This document shows, piece by piece, positions 7,396 to 14,577 of a stretch of DNA of 24,000 nucleotides (its first letter is position 1; the number at the start of each line of letters is the position of its first letter). Under the pieces are notes generated by a model, which was not told the origin of the DNA, searched no databases, and worked only from the letters and a program-made list of their open reading frames with translations. The translations under genes were made by a program, and so were the position numbers. The DNA lies in assembly GCA_030651285.1 (NCBI GenBank), contig JAUSCN010000013.1:95697-119696 (forward strand). Direction: 5' to 3'. This DNA comes from a bacterium. Lineage in GTDB: Bacteria > Patescibacteriota > Minisyncoccia > Phycocordibacterales > Phycocordibacteraceae.

Positions 7396-7467
7396 TGCCC
7401 CCGTGAGGAATCGAACCTCAATTACGAACTCCGCAAGCTCGCGTCCTATCCGTTGAACGACGGGGGC
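7396..7467 (-). tRNA. tRNA-Arg (anticodon GCG), no encoded CCA
   Basis: 72-nt cloverleaf. Acceptor GCCCCCG/CGGGGGC, D-arm GTTC/GGAC, anticodon arm CGAGC-TTGCGGA-GTTCG, T-arm TGAGG-TTCGATT-CCTCA, discriminator A. Confidence 0.8.
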
Positions 7468-7482
7468 AATAGTGAATGTATA

Positions 7483-7956
7483 TCAGAATCTGAGCAACGC
7501 CGCCACCAAATCGTGGAAAGAGTGATGATGTTCCCCCTCCTTCACTCTCTGAAGGAAATATGCGTAGACCATGTCCGCATCGACCCCTTCAAGGGGGATT
7601 ATCAGATGCGGCGACAACCAGTTTGTTGTTTTCACAGAAAGCTGGGGCGGCAATTCTCCTTCGATGTCCTCAAGTACAGAGAATGAGGACATGTACTCGA
7701 AAGGATGGAATTCTTCACCGATGATGAGTCCGTGCTCGATGATTTTGAAGCGGTGCGTCGGCGGATGATTCTCTGCATGAAGCGCAACGGCTCCTGAAGC
7801 GACCAGAATAAGTATGGCGATGAGGTAGTTTCCAAAGAGTATTGCAGCAATAGTCCCCGCTACTGCAATGATGCCAAGCGCCCAATACCAATCATTGGTT
7901 TTAGGGTTGTGGTCGTATTCCTGACCTTCCCATTCGAGGAGAACTTCTCTGGACAT
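7483..7956 (-). CDS. Two-TM hypothetical membrane protein of a type common in CPR genomes
   Basis: 157-aa ORF. N-terminal motif EYDHNPKTNDWYWALGIIAVAG followed by a second TM and a soluble C-terminal domain. Confidence 0.65.
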   Translation of the reverse strand: MSREVLLEWEGQEYDHNPKTNDWYWALGIIAVAGTIAAILFGNYLIAILILVASGAVALHAENHPPTHRFKIIEHGLIIGEEFHPFEYMSSFSVLEDIEGELPPQLSVKTTNWLSPHLIIPLEGVDADMVYAYFLQRVKEGEHHHSFHDLVAALLRF

Positions 7957-8114
7957 AGGGAAATGATAGCAGTAAGAGGGTGGGACAGGAAAACTTCAGT
8001 ACATGGTTTTGTGTACAAGCAGGATAGGGTCTCTACATGCGTCACCACGCAACGTCGAACATGAGTACATTTTCGACGTGATTTTTCCTCAATGGAATAC
8101 CATCAAAAAAACAG

Positions 8115-8199
8115 CGGAGGAGGTGAGATTCGAACTCACGGTGCCTTGCGGCACGCCTGTTTTCAAGACAGGTGCACTAGACCACTATGCGACTCCTCC
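8115..8199 (-). tRNA. tRNA-Ser (anticodon UGA)
   Basis: Acceptor GGAGGAG/CTCCTCC, anticodon arm CCTGT-CTTGAAA-ACAGG, long variable arm (GCGTGCCGCAAGGCACCGT), T-arm GAGTTCGAATCTC. Confidence 0.9.
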
Positions 8200-8255
8200 A
8201 GAATCGATTCAGTACAAATGTAGCAGAATGCGCGACATTCTCAATATCACAGGAC

Positions 8256-8561
8256 TTATGGGTGCGGCGTAGGAGGAGTCAAAGGGGCCACATTTTTCGA
8301 TGTGGGGCGGAACCAAACGAGATAAATGATTTCGAGAATACCGACCGTATTTAGTACGAGCAGGGCAATGAACCACCATTTTTGTTCGTTTCGTGCAGCG
8401 TGCCAGAGCGCATATCCCTTTATTGCGATAGACCAAATGGCAAGAATAACTATAAATGGGAAGAACATAACCAGTGGGTAGGGTAGGAATGGCGTGTAGG
8501 ACTGGGAAAAACCGTGCATGTAGGTATACATATAATGCAGTATGCCATACACTGCAGACAT
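8256..8561 (-). CDS. Small two-TM membrane protein (DUF5652-like by memory)
   Basis: KGYALWHAARNEQKWWFIALLVLNTVGILEIIYLVWF motif. The true start may be an internal Met (8531 or 8519). Confidence 0.6.
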   Translation of the reverse strand: MSAVYGILHYMYTYMHGFSQSYTPFLPYPLVMFFPFIVILAIWSIAIKGYALWHAARNEQKWWFIALLVLNTVGILEIIYLVWFRPTSKNVAPLTPPTPHP

Positions 8562-8973
8562 GCGGTATTTAGGTGTTGACTATGGCAGCAAGAAGATAGG
8601 TCTCGCGCTTTCTGATGAGTTGGGGACGATGGGGTTTCCGCATGTGGTCGTCCCAAATACGCCGAAGCTCATCGACGGTGTGTGCGCGCTCATCGCGAAA
8701 GAAAATATCGGCGCCGTAGTGATAGGGGAGTCGAGGACTCTTTCTGGTGGAGAAAACCCGATCGCAAAAGATGCCCATGCATTCGGTGATCTGGTTACAG
8801 AACGTGCGGGTATCCCCGTATTCTATGAATCAGAAGTTTTCACGAGCGCAGAGGCACGTCGCGCTCCCGCAAAAGAGGAGAAGACTCGATCGCCGAAACA
8901 GCACGTGCTTGTCGATGCTTCTGCCGCGGCTCTGATTCTTACTAGTTATCTTTCACGTACTCATCATGGATAA
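8560..8973 (+). CDS. ruvX: Putative pre-16S rRNA nuclease / Holliday junction resolvase-like YqgF
   Basis: MRYLGVDYGSKKIGLALSD...AVVIGES...VDASAAALILTSYL. Start moved to Met7 of ORF 8542-8973. Confidence 0.85.
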   Translation: MRYLGVDYGSKKIGLALSDELGTMGFPHVVVPNTPKLIDGVCALIAKENIGAVVIGESRTLSGGENPIAKDAHAFGDLVTERAGIPVFYESEVFTSAEARRAPAKEEKTRSPKQHVLVDASAAALILTSYLSRTHHG

Positions 8974-9307
8974 GGTTCGTATTTCAATCGACGATTTGAG
9001 CAAGATAGAAGTAAAAATTGGTACGGTGCGAAGCGCTGAGCGCGTGCCTGAGACCGACAAGCTTCTCAGGCTCGCGGTCGACTTCGGAGAGGAGAGTGGT
9101 CCGCGGCAGATCGTTTCTGGTATTGCTGCGTATGTGCCAGAAGCGGAATCGCTCGTCGGTCGCCAACTTGCGTTTGTGACGAATCTCGAACCGCGTACGA
9201 TACGTGGAATTGAAAGTAATGGCATGTTGTTTGCAGTCGGGTCCGGAGATTCGTTTGCTTTTCTTACGCCCGATAGGGAAGTTCCTCCAGGAACTGGCGC
9301 ACACTAA
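8966..9307 (+). CDS. tRNA-binding domain protein (Trbp111/CsaA/MetRS C-terminal-like)
   Basis: KIEVKIGTVRSAERVPETDKLLRLAVDFGEE...RQIVSGIA...GRQLAFVTNLEPRTIRGIESNGMLFAV. 8-nt overlap with ruvX. Confidence 0.85.
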   Translation: MDKVRISIDDLSKIEVKIGTVRSAERVPETDKLLRLAVDFGEESGPRQIVSGIAAYVPEAESLVGRQLAFVTNLEPRTIRGIESNGMLFAVGSGDSFAFLTPDREVPPGTGAH

Positions 9308-9333
9308 ACACACGTATTCGAGGCGTCGTACCT

Positions 9334-9369
9334 GCGTCGGAAACGTGCACATTTCCGACGCGATTTTTT
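9334..9369 (+). terminator. Intrinsic terminator
   Basis: GCGTCGGAAA / TTTCCGACGC 10-bp stem followed by GATTTTTT. Confidence 0.75.
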
Positions 9370-9413
9370 GCGCGCTGGAATATCAGCGAAAAAATCGGTT
9401 ATACTTAACGTAC

Positions 9414-10511
9414 ATGGCGTCTGTTTTCCGCGAACGTCTTCGTGCTGCGTTTGCACTACCGCACTATCTTGCGGCGCCGTTTTCTGGCGTTGATGTGTCT
9501 ACGAGCGGTGTGAAATCCGTACGCCTCGCGAAAGATATTCGAGGATTTGTTCTTGCTGAGTATTCGCAGGTACGACTCCCGACCGGCGCGTTCGACGGGG
9601 ACGTTATCGATCATGCGACGATAGTCAAAGCAGTTACTGCTGCGACAAAAGAAATTGGTGTTACTTCCGCGAACGCGGCGCTTGCGGAATCAAAGTCATA
9701 TTTATTTGAAACTACGGTTCCAGGGAATAAAAAAACCGAATGGCGAACGTCGATCGAGCAGCGTCTTGAAGAGCTTGTGCCATTGCCGCCGTCAGAAACG
9801 GCATTCGACATCATCAGTCTCAATCAGAAATCGAAAGAGGGCGAAGAGTCAGTCGTCGGTATCGGCTTTGCTCGACGGATCGTCGATGGGATGCTCGCAG
9901 TGTTCGATGAGGCACAGATTTCGGTACGGGCACTTGAAGAGGAGACGTTCGCGATGGCGAGGGCGTTATTGCCAGTGGGTGATACGTCTACAGTGCTCAT
10001 TATTGATGTGGGGAAGACGACGACCAAGATGGCGATAGTCAGTCATTGCATCCCTCGTTTCGCTACGACGTTTAACATTGGCGGACACTCGCTCACGCTT
10101 GCGGTGCAGAAATATTTTGGGGTGACAGAAGCTGAGGCGCGCAAAGTGAAAGCGGAACACGGCATTGTGCCCGCTCCAGGAAATGAAGAATATATCGCGG
10201 CAATGCTTTCAACCGTCTCTGCTATCCGTGACGAGATCTCTCGTCGGCTCGAGTATTGGCAAGGGAAGGGAGTGCTCGCGGAGGGGCGCGAAAAAGTATC
10301 TCGCGTCATCCTTTCTGGTGGATATGTCTCAGTACGCGGGTTCCCGGAATATTTGGAGGGAGCATTAAAGATACCTGTCGTTACAGGTGACGTATTCACT
10401 AATTTCGCATCGCGCGATGTGTGGATCCCGCCGCTCGAATATTCGGAGTCGCTCGCCTATGCGACCGCAATCGGTCTTGCTCTGCGAGATGCCACTGATT
10501 CTTATGCATAA
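9414..10511 (+). CDS. pilM: Type IV pilus assembly protein PilM (actin-like ATPase fold)
   Basis: ORF 9204-10511 trimmed to MASVFRERL (ATG 9414, downstream of the terminator). VLIIDVGKTTTKMAIV...FNIGGHSLTLAVQKYFGVTEAEARKVKAEHG...VILSGGYVSVRGFPEYL. Confidence 0.85.
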   Translation: MASVFRERLRAAFALPHYLAAPFSGVDVSTSGVKSVRLAKDIRGFVLAEYSQVRLPTGAFDGDVIDHATIVKAVTAATKEIGVTSANAALAESKSYLFETTVPGNKKTEWRTSIEQRLEELVPLPPSETAFDIISLNQKSKEGEESVVGIGFARRIVDGMLAVFDEAQISVRALEEETFAMARALLPVGDTSTVLIIDVGKTTTKMAIVSHCIPRFATTFNIGGHSLTLAVQKYFGVTEAEARKVKAEHGIVPAPGNEEYIAAMLSTVSAIRDEISRRLEYWQGKGVLAEGREKVSRVILSGGYVSVRGFPEYLEGALKIPVVTGDVFTNFASRDVWIPPLEYSESLAYATAIGLALRDATDSYA

Positions 10512-11058
10512 CGAACTTACGAATTTACTGCCTATCGAACGCCAAAGAGCGCTTGGGCGTGAGTACGTCATTCGTGTTCTTGTCATCGCAGTCGTGTTTG
10601 TGAATCTTCTCGTGCTTGCTGCCGCGGCACTTCTTTTGCCGACGTATACGCTCCTTACTGACAGCGCGCGCACCAAAAAAGAACATCTCGCAAACATAGA
10701 GTCGACATTTGCCTCGACGAACGAGGCTGTGATCTCCGCGCGACTCGCGGCGCTTTCGGACAAGGTGACAATGCTTACCGCTCTGGCGCAATTGCCATCA
10801 GCGAGCGGGGTCATTCGTTCGATACTCGAAGTTCCGCGACCAGGCATCGTCCTCTCGAGTTTTTCGTATTCTCCTAAGAGTGATGGAGGTATTGGATCGG
10901 TCCAGGTTTCTGGCATTGCAAAAACGCGAGATACGCTCCGCAGCTACCAGCTCGCACTCTCCGAGGCGTCGTTTGCACAGTCCGCAAATCTGCCAGTTTC
11001 TGCATATGCGAAGGATAGTGATATCGGATTCTCCATCTCTGTAGCGCTAGCACCATGA
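10504..11058 (+). CDS. pilN: PilN-like pilus assembly protein
   Basis: ATG 10504 overlaps the pilM stop by 8 nt. N-terminal NLLPIERQRAL motif, then a single TM, then a periplasmic-type domain. Confidence 0.7.
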   Translation: MHNELTNLLPIERQRALGREYVIRVLVIAVVFVNLLVLAAAALLLPTYTLLTDSARTKKEHLANIESTFASTNEAVISARLAALSDKVTMLTALAQLPSASGVIRSILEVPRPGIVLSSFSYSPKSDGGIGSVQVSGIAKTRDTLRSYQLALSEASFAQSANLPVSAYAKDSDIGFSISVALAP

Positions 11059-11585
11059 AATCCTCCCTCACACATCTCATTCTTGTTCTTGTCATGTGTG
11101 CCGGCAGTGTTGGTGGGTTCTGGTTCTGGTACACCTCTATCGCAGAGGAAAGTGTCGAAGCGACAATCCTTCAGGGTCAGATCAATGCGAAGTCTGGAGC
11201 GATAAGTCGCATAACTACCGCACGAAGTGTGTTTGCAGAAATTGCGAACGACGAGACTGCAGTACAGAGCTACTTTGTTCCTGAGACGGGTATCGTCGCT
11301 TTTATCGATACACTTGAGAGTCGTGGGCGATCGCTCGGGGCTACGGTGGATGTCCTTTCTGTTTCGACTGGCGGAGACCCTGCGCACCCAACATTAGAAC
11401 TCACCCTATCCATCAAAGGGTCGTTTGATTCTGTGATGCGTACGGTGGGTTCGATCGAATACGCCCCATACGCTATTTCTGTCTCGTCTCTCTTGGTCGG
11501 GAGGGATGTTAAGGAGGCTTGGATGGCGAATCTTAAGATGCGCGTAGCCTCTGTTCCTTCTGAAGGATCGAAAAAATCACCATGA
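11055..11585 (+). CDS. pilO: PilO-like pilus assembly protein
   Basis: ATGA overlap with pilN. N-terminal TM, coiled coil, then a ferredoxin-like C-terminal region. The position in the pilMNO order supports the call. Confidence 0.6.
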   Translation: MKSSLTHLILVLVMCAGSVGGFWFWYTSIAEESVEATILQGQINAKSGAISRITTARSVFAEIANDETAVQSYFVPETGIVAFIDTLESRGRSLGATVDVLSVSTGGDPAHPTLELTLSIKGSFDSVMRTVGSIEYAPYAISVSSLLVGRDVKEAWMANLKMRVASVPSEGSKKSP

Positions 11586-11890
11586 CCATCCTCTCAAAAA
11601 TCACGTTGCCGATACGGCAAATTCGCGACGGAATACATCAGAACCCAATTCGTGACTGGTTCACCATCCTTATTTTTTCGAGTTTAGCGCTCGTGGGTGT
11701 CATCGTGTGGGGCATATGGACATTTGATACTGTTACGAAGGGTGGCATTATCGGCTCTTCCACGACGAGTTCGCCCCCGATATTCAACAACTCATCTCTC
11801 TCTGAGGCGCACAAGGTTTTTGCAGGTCGTGCTAATGAGGCTGCTAAATATGAGACGGGAGCATATCAATACACCGATCCTTCGCAGTAG
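11582..11890 (+). CDS. Small single-TM protein translationally coupled to pilO
   Basis: ATGA overlap. TM FTILIFSSLALVGVIVWGIW. No recognised family. Confidence 0.5.
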   Translation: MTILSKITLPIRQIRDGIHQNPIRDWFTILIFSSLALVGVIVWGIWTFDTVTKGGIIGSSTTSSPPIFNNSSLSEAHKVFAGRANEAAKYETGAYQYTDPSQ

Positions 11891-12008
11891 AATGGGTAGT
11901 GTGCGATGATGGAGTAGATTTGGCGGTATCGGCAGTGTGCGATAGGGTAGGATTGTGTAGGTACGCAAGAATGACAATCCGAGGACTCATTACTTGTTTC
12001 CTCACTTT

Positions 12009-12080
12009 GCCCCCATAGCTTAATGGATAAAGTAGCGGACTTCTAAGCCGTCGATGTAGGTTCGATTCCTACTGGGGGCA
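12009..12080 (+). tRNA. tRNA-Arg (anticodon UCU)
   Basis: Acceptor GCCCCCA/TGGGGGC, anticodon loop CTTCTAA (one A-G mismatch at the base of the stem), T-arm GTAGGTTCGATTCCTAC. Confidence 0.85.
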
Positions 12081-12104
12081 CAGCTGGCACAGAGCGAGCA
12101 GGGA

Positions 12105-12186
12105 GGGCATGTGGCGGAATTGGTATACGCGTACGTCTCAGAAGCGTATCCCGTAAGGGTTGAGGGTTCGAGTCCCTCCATGCCCA
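12105..12186 (+). tRNA. tRNA-Leu (anticodon CAG)
   Basis: Acceptor GGGCATG/CATGCCC, anticodon arm TACGT-CTCAGAA-GCGTA, long variable arm, T-arm GAGGGTTCGAGTCCCTC. Confidence 0.85.
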
Positions 12187-12228
12187 CAAGAGAGCAGAAA
12201 AAATGATTTTGAGGTAAAGTTCTGTTGA

Positions 12229-12301
12229 GGGCGCTTAGCTCAGTTGGTAGAGCAACCCGTTTACACCGGGTAGGTCAGAGGTTCGAGTCCTCTAGCGCCC
12301 A
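12229..12301 (+). tRNA. tRNA-Val (anticodon UAC)
   Basis: GGGCGCTTAGCTCAGTTGGTAGAGC..., anticodon arm ACCCG-TTTACAC-CGGGT, T-arm AGAGGTTCGAGTCCTCT. Confidence 0.9.
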
Positions 12302-12341
12302 CTTGAAACCGAAATCAGAATAAGGTGGTTCGTATACATAC

Positions 12342-13049
12342 ATGACGAAAACTAACGACGAATCTTCCGTAGCAAAGATCGAGTGTGTGGGGCTCATTAT
12401 GGATGGAAATCGCCGTTGGGCGAAGGAGAATGGTTTGCCAGCAAATGAGGGGCATAGACGGGGGTATGAGAAGCTCAAAGAATTAATGCGGTGGGCGCGT
12501 GGTGCTGGTATTCCCCATGTGGTTGTCTATGCGTTTTCTACAGAAAATTGGCAGCGCTCGACGGAGGAAGTCGGCTACTTGATGCAGATTTTCCGATTCG
12601 TTCTAGAAAATGAGATTAACAAAATGATTGAAGATCGTGTGTGCGTGCGTTTTGTCGGGGACATATCTCGTTTCAGTGAGGATATTCAAAAAATGATGGC
12701 ACACGCGGAGAATGAAAGTTCTGTTGGGGAGTATGATTCAACACTGTATCTGGCGATGTCATACGGCGGACGTGCTGAGATTGTTGCTGCGACAAACTCG
12801 CTTCTCAAGGAAGGGAAGAGGTCAGTGTCAGAGGAAGAGTTTTCGCGCATGCTTTGGACGAAGAATATGCCAGATCCTGATCTCATAATTCGTACGGGTG
12901 GAGAAATGCGTCTCTCAAATTTTCTTCCATGGCAGTCGGTATATAGCGAGCTTTTCTTTGTGGACACGAAGTGGCCCGAGTTTACAAAAGAAGAGTTCGA
13001 AACGATCCTTACTGAATTCTCCATGCGCGAACGTCGGCGCGGGAAGTGA
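12342..13049 (+). CDS. uppS: Undecaprenyl-diphosphate synthase (cis-isoprenyl transferase)
   Basis: GLIMDGNRRWAKENGL...GHRRGYE...VVYAFSTENWQRS...IRTGGEMRLSNFLPWQSVYSELFF. Confidence 0.95.
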   Translation: MTKTNDESSVAKIECVGLIMDGNRRWAKENGLPANEGHRRGYEKLKELMRWARGAGIPHVVVYAFSTENWQRSTEEVGYLMQIFRFVLENEINKMIEDRVCVRFVGDISRFSEDIQKMMAHAENESSVGEYDSTLYLAMSYGGRAEIVAATNSLLKEGKRSVSEEEFSRMLWTKNMPDPDLIIRTGGEMRLSNFLPWQSVYSELFFVDTKWPEFTKEEFETILTEFSMRERRRGK

Positions 13050-13071
13050 GAAGAAATGGTACGGTAGCATT

Positions 13072-13791
13072 ATGGAACTTCCAATTTTGTATGAAGATGC
13101 AGATGTGGTAGCGGTGTCAAAGCCAGCGGGCCTCATCACGCACTCTGACGGGCGCACAAAGGAAGATACGGCTGAGGAATGGTTCAAGTGTACGTATAAC
13201 CTAGAGAGTACGGAGTCGTCGCCTGTCGGATATGTGCACCGACTTGATCGAGATACGTCGGGGGTGCTTGTGTTTGCGAAAACGCCAGCCGCGTACGAGT
13301 TTATGCGTAAGGCATTTCACGATAGGGAAGTGAAAAAGGAATATCTAGCATTCGTGTATGGCGCACCGAAAAAGAAGAAAGGGACGATTGATTTCGATAT
13401 CGGACGATCGCGCAGTGATTTCCGCTTGCGAAGCGCACAGCCGAAAGCAAAGGGGCGGTTGCGTGAAGCGCTCACCAACTATGAAGTACTCTCCGAGACG
13501 GAAGGGTATGCGCTTATGAAAATGATCCCAGAGACCGGAAGGACGCATCAGATCAGGGTACATTTGAAGGCGATACATCATCCGATTGTTGGTGATGTTC
13601 TCTATTCCCCAAATCATCCGGCAGCTCTTGGAATAACTCGCCTTGGTCTACATGCATATGAGCTGGATGTGCCGCTCCCGTCGGGTTCCCGAGTGCGTAT
13701 TGTGGCCCCTATTCCTGCTGATTTAGTACCTGCTCTGGCTTATTTCCCGGGAGTAAGTGAGAAATTTGCTCTTCGTCATGATGCGTGCTAG
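13072..13791 (+). CDS. RluA-family pseudouridine synthase (no N-terminal S4 domain)
   Basis: ORF 12898-13791 trimmed to MELPILYEDADVVAVSKPAGL. Catalytic HRLDRDTSGVLVFAKT. GRTHQIRVHL motif. Confidence 0.9.
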   Translation: MELPILYEDADVVAVSKPAGLITHSDGRTKEDTAEEWFKCTYNLESTESSPVGYVHRLDRDTSGVLVFAKTPAAYEFMRKAFHDREVKKEYLAFVYGAPKKKKGTIDFDIGRSRSDFRLRSAQPKAKGRLREALTNYEVLSETEGYALMKMIPETGRTHQIRVHLKAIHHPIVGDVLYSPNHPAALGITRLGLHAYELDVPLPSGSRVRIVAPIPADLVPALAYFPGVSEKFALRHDAC

Positions 13792-13803
13792 AGTGCTCCC
13801 CAC

Positions 13804-14268
13804 ATGCAGAAAGTCATAACTCCAGTCAACGCTGAAGGACGCGCAAATCTCGGGATCCGCTCGGGCGATACTGTGCGTGTCGTCCAGAACATTGTCGAGC
13901 TCAAGAAGGGTCGTGGTACGGACAAGAAAGAGAAGACAGTGAAGAACGTCCGTAAGCAAGTCTTTGAAGGTCTCGTCCTTTCGACCAAGCATGGCACAGA
14001 AGCGGGTGCGATGTTTACCGTTCGTGCGACTCTTTCGGGTGTCGGCGTCGAGAAGACTTTCCCGCTCTACACTCCTGCGATCGACTCGATCGAAATTGTG
14101 AAGCGCTCGAAGGTGCGCCGCGCAAAGCTCTACTTCATCCGTGAGAAGGCTACGAAGGCGGTTCGCCGCCAGCTCCGCAATACACGTATGATGAATCTCG
14201 TTAGTGATGAGTCTGTAGCGCCGGCAGAAGTTGCTGTAGAAGAGAAGAAGGAAGAGGTCGCAGCCTAA
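13804..14268 (+). CDS. rplS: 50S ribosomal protein bL19 with an internal insertion and an acidic C-terminal tail
   Basis: GDTVRV...QVFEGLVLS...FTVR...GVGVEKTFPLYTPAIDSIEIVKRSKVRRAKLYFIRE. Confidence 0.95.
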   Translation: MQKVITPVNAEGRANLGIRSGDTVRVVQNIVELKKGRGTDKKEKTVKNVRKQVFEGLVLSTKHGTEAGAMFTVRATLSGVGVEKTFPLYTPAIDSIEIVKRSKVRRAKLYFIREKATKAVRRQLRNTRMMNLVSDESVAPAEVAVEEKKEEVAA

Positions 14269-14283
14269 TTTTTAGTAGGAAAA

Positions 14284-14319
14284 CCCGCCAATCGCTTTGC
14301 GATTGGCGGGTTTTCGTTT
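14284..14319 (+). terminator. Intrinsic terminator after rplS
   Basis: 12-bp stem CCCGCCAATCGC / GCGATTGGCGGG, loop TTT, then TTTTCGTTT. Confidence 0.8.
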
Positions 14320-14335
14320 ATAGTGTCCGTCAGTT

Positions 14336-14419
14336 GCCCAGGTGGCGAAATTGGTAGACGTACTACCTTGAGGTGGTAGCGCCCGCAAGGGCTTGGAGGT
14401 TCGAGTCCTCTCCTGGGCA
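14336..14419 (+). tRNA. tRNA-Leu (anticodon GAG)
   Basis: Acceptor GCCCAGG/CCTGGGC, anticodon arm CTACC-TTGAGGT-GGTAG, long variable arm, T-arm GGAGGTTCGAGTCCTCT. Confidence 0.9.
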
Positions 14420-14430
14420 CAATCAGAAAA

Positions 14431-14456
14431 AACACCCGAAAGGGTGTTTTTGCTTT
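14431..14456 (+). terminator. Intrinsic terminator after tRNA-Leu
   Basis: AACACCC-GAAA-GGGTGTT followed by TTTTGCTTT. Confidence 0.75.
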
Positions 14457-14470
14457 GGACAGGGATAATA

Positions 14471-14498
14471 TTGACAATTCATCACAATAATGTATTCT
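14471..14498 (+). promoter_or_regulatory. Sigma-70-like promoter for the lipoprotein gene
   Basis: TTGACA (14471-14476), 16-nt spacer, TATTCT (14493-14498). It would leave an ~80-nt leader before the AAAGGAG SD and ATG 14578. Confidence 0.5.
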
Positions 14499-14577
14499 CC
14501 TGACCAGATTGATATTTTGTCAGTCAGGGTTCTATAACGGGTTCTGGATAGTCAACCATCACAAAGGAGTGTGTGCC

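Noticed and set aside
8003-8272. 89-aa plus-strand ORF (and likewise 14265-14477 on the minus strand)
   Set aside because: Both run straight through well-folded tRNA genes (tRNA-Ser and tRNA-Leu) and are spurious.
9204-9413. N-terminal extensions of track ORFs (pilM from 9204, also 10387, 12898, 14509, 18223, 18998, 5303-6187, 3410-3865 and 493-1125)
   Set aside because: The extensions overlap upstream genes or terminators and look non-protein-like. Internal Met codons with SDs, signal peptides or conserved N-termini give better starts.
11894-11950. Repeated AGTGTGCGAT (11898-11907 and 11934-11943) and GGGTAG motifs upstream of the tRNA-Arg/Leu/Val cluster
   Set aside because: They are short, and no convincing -35/-10 hexamers sit in register with them. 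They might be promoter-proximal elements, but the evidence is too thin to call.
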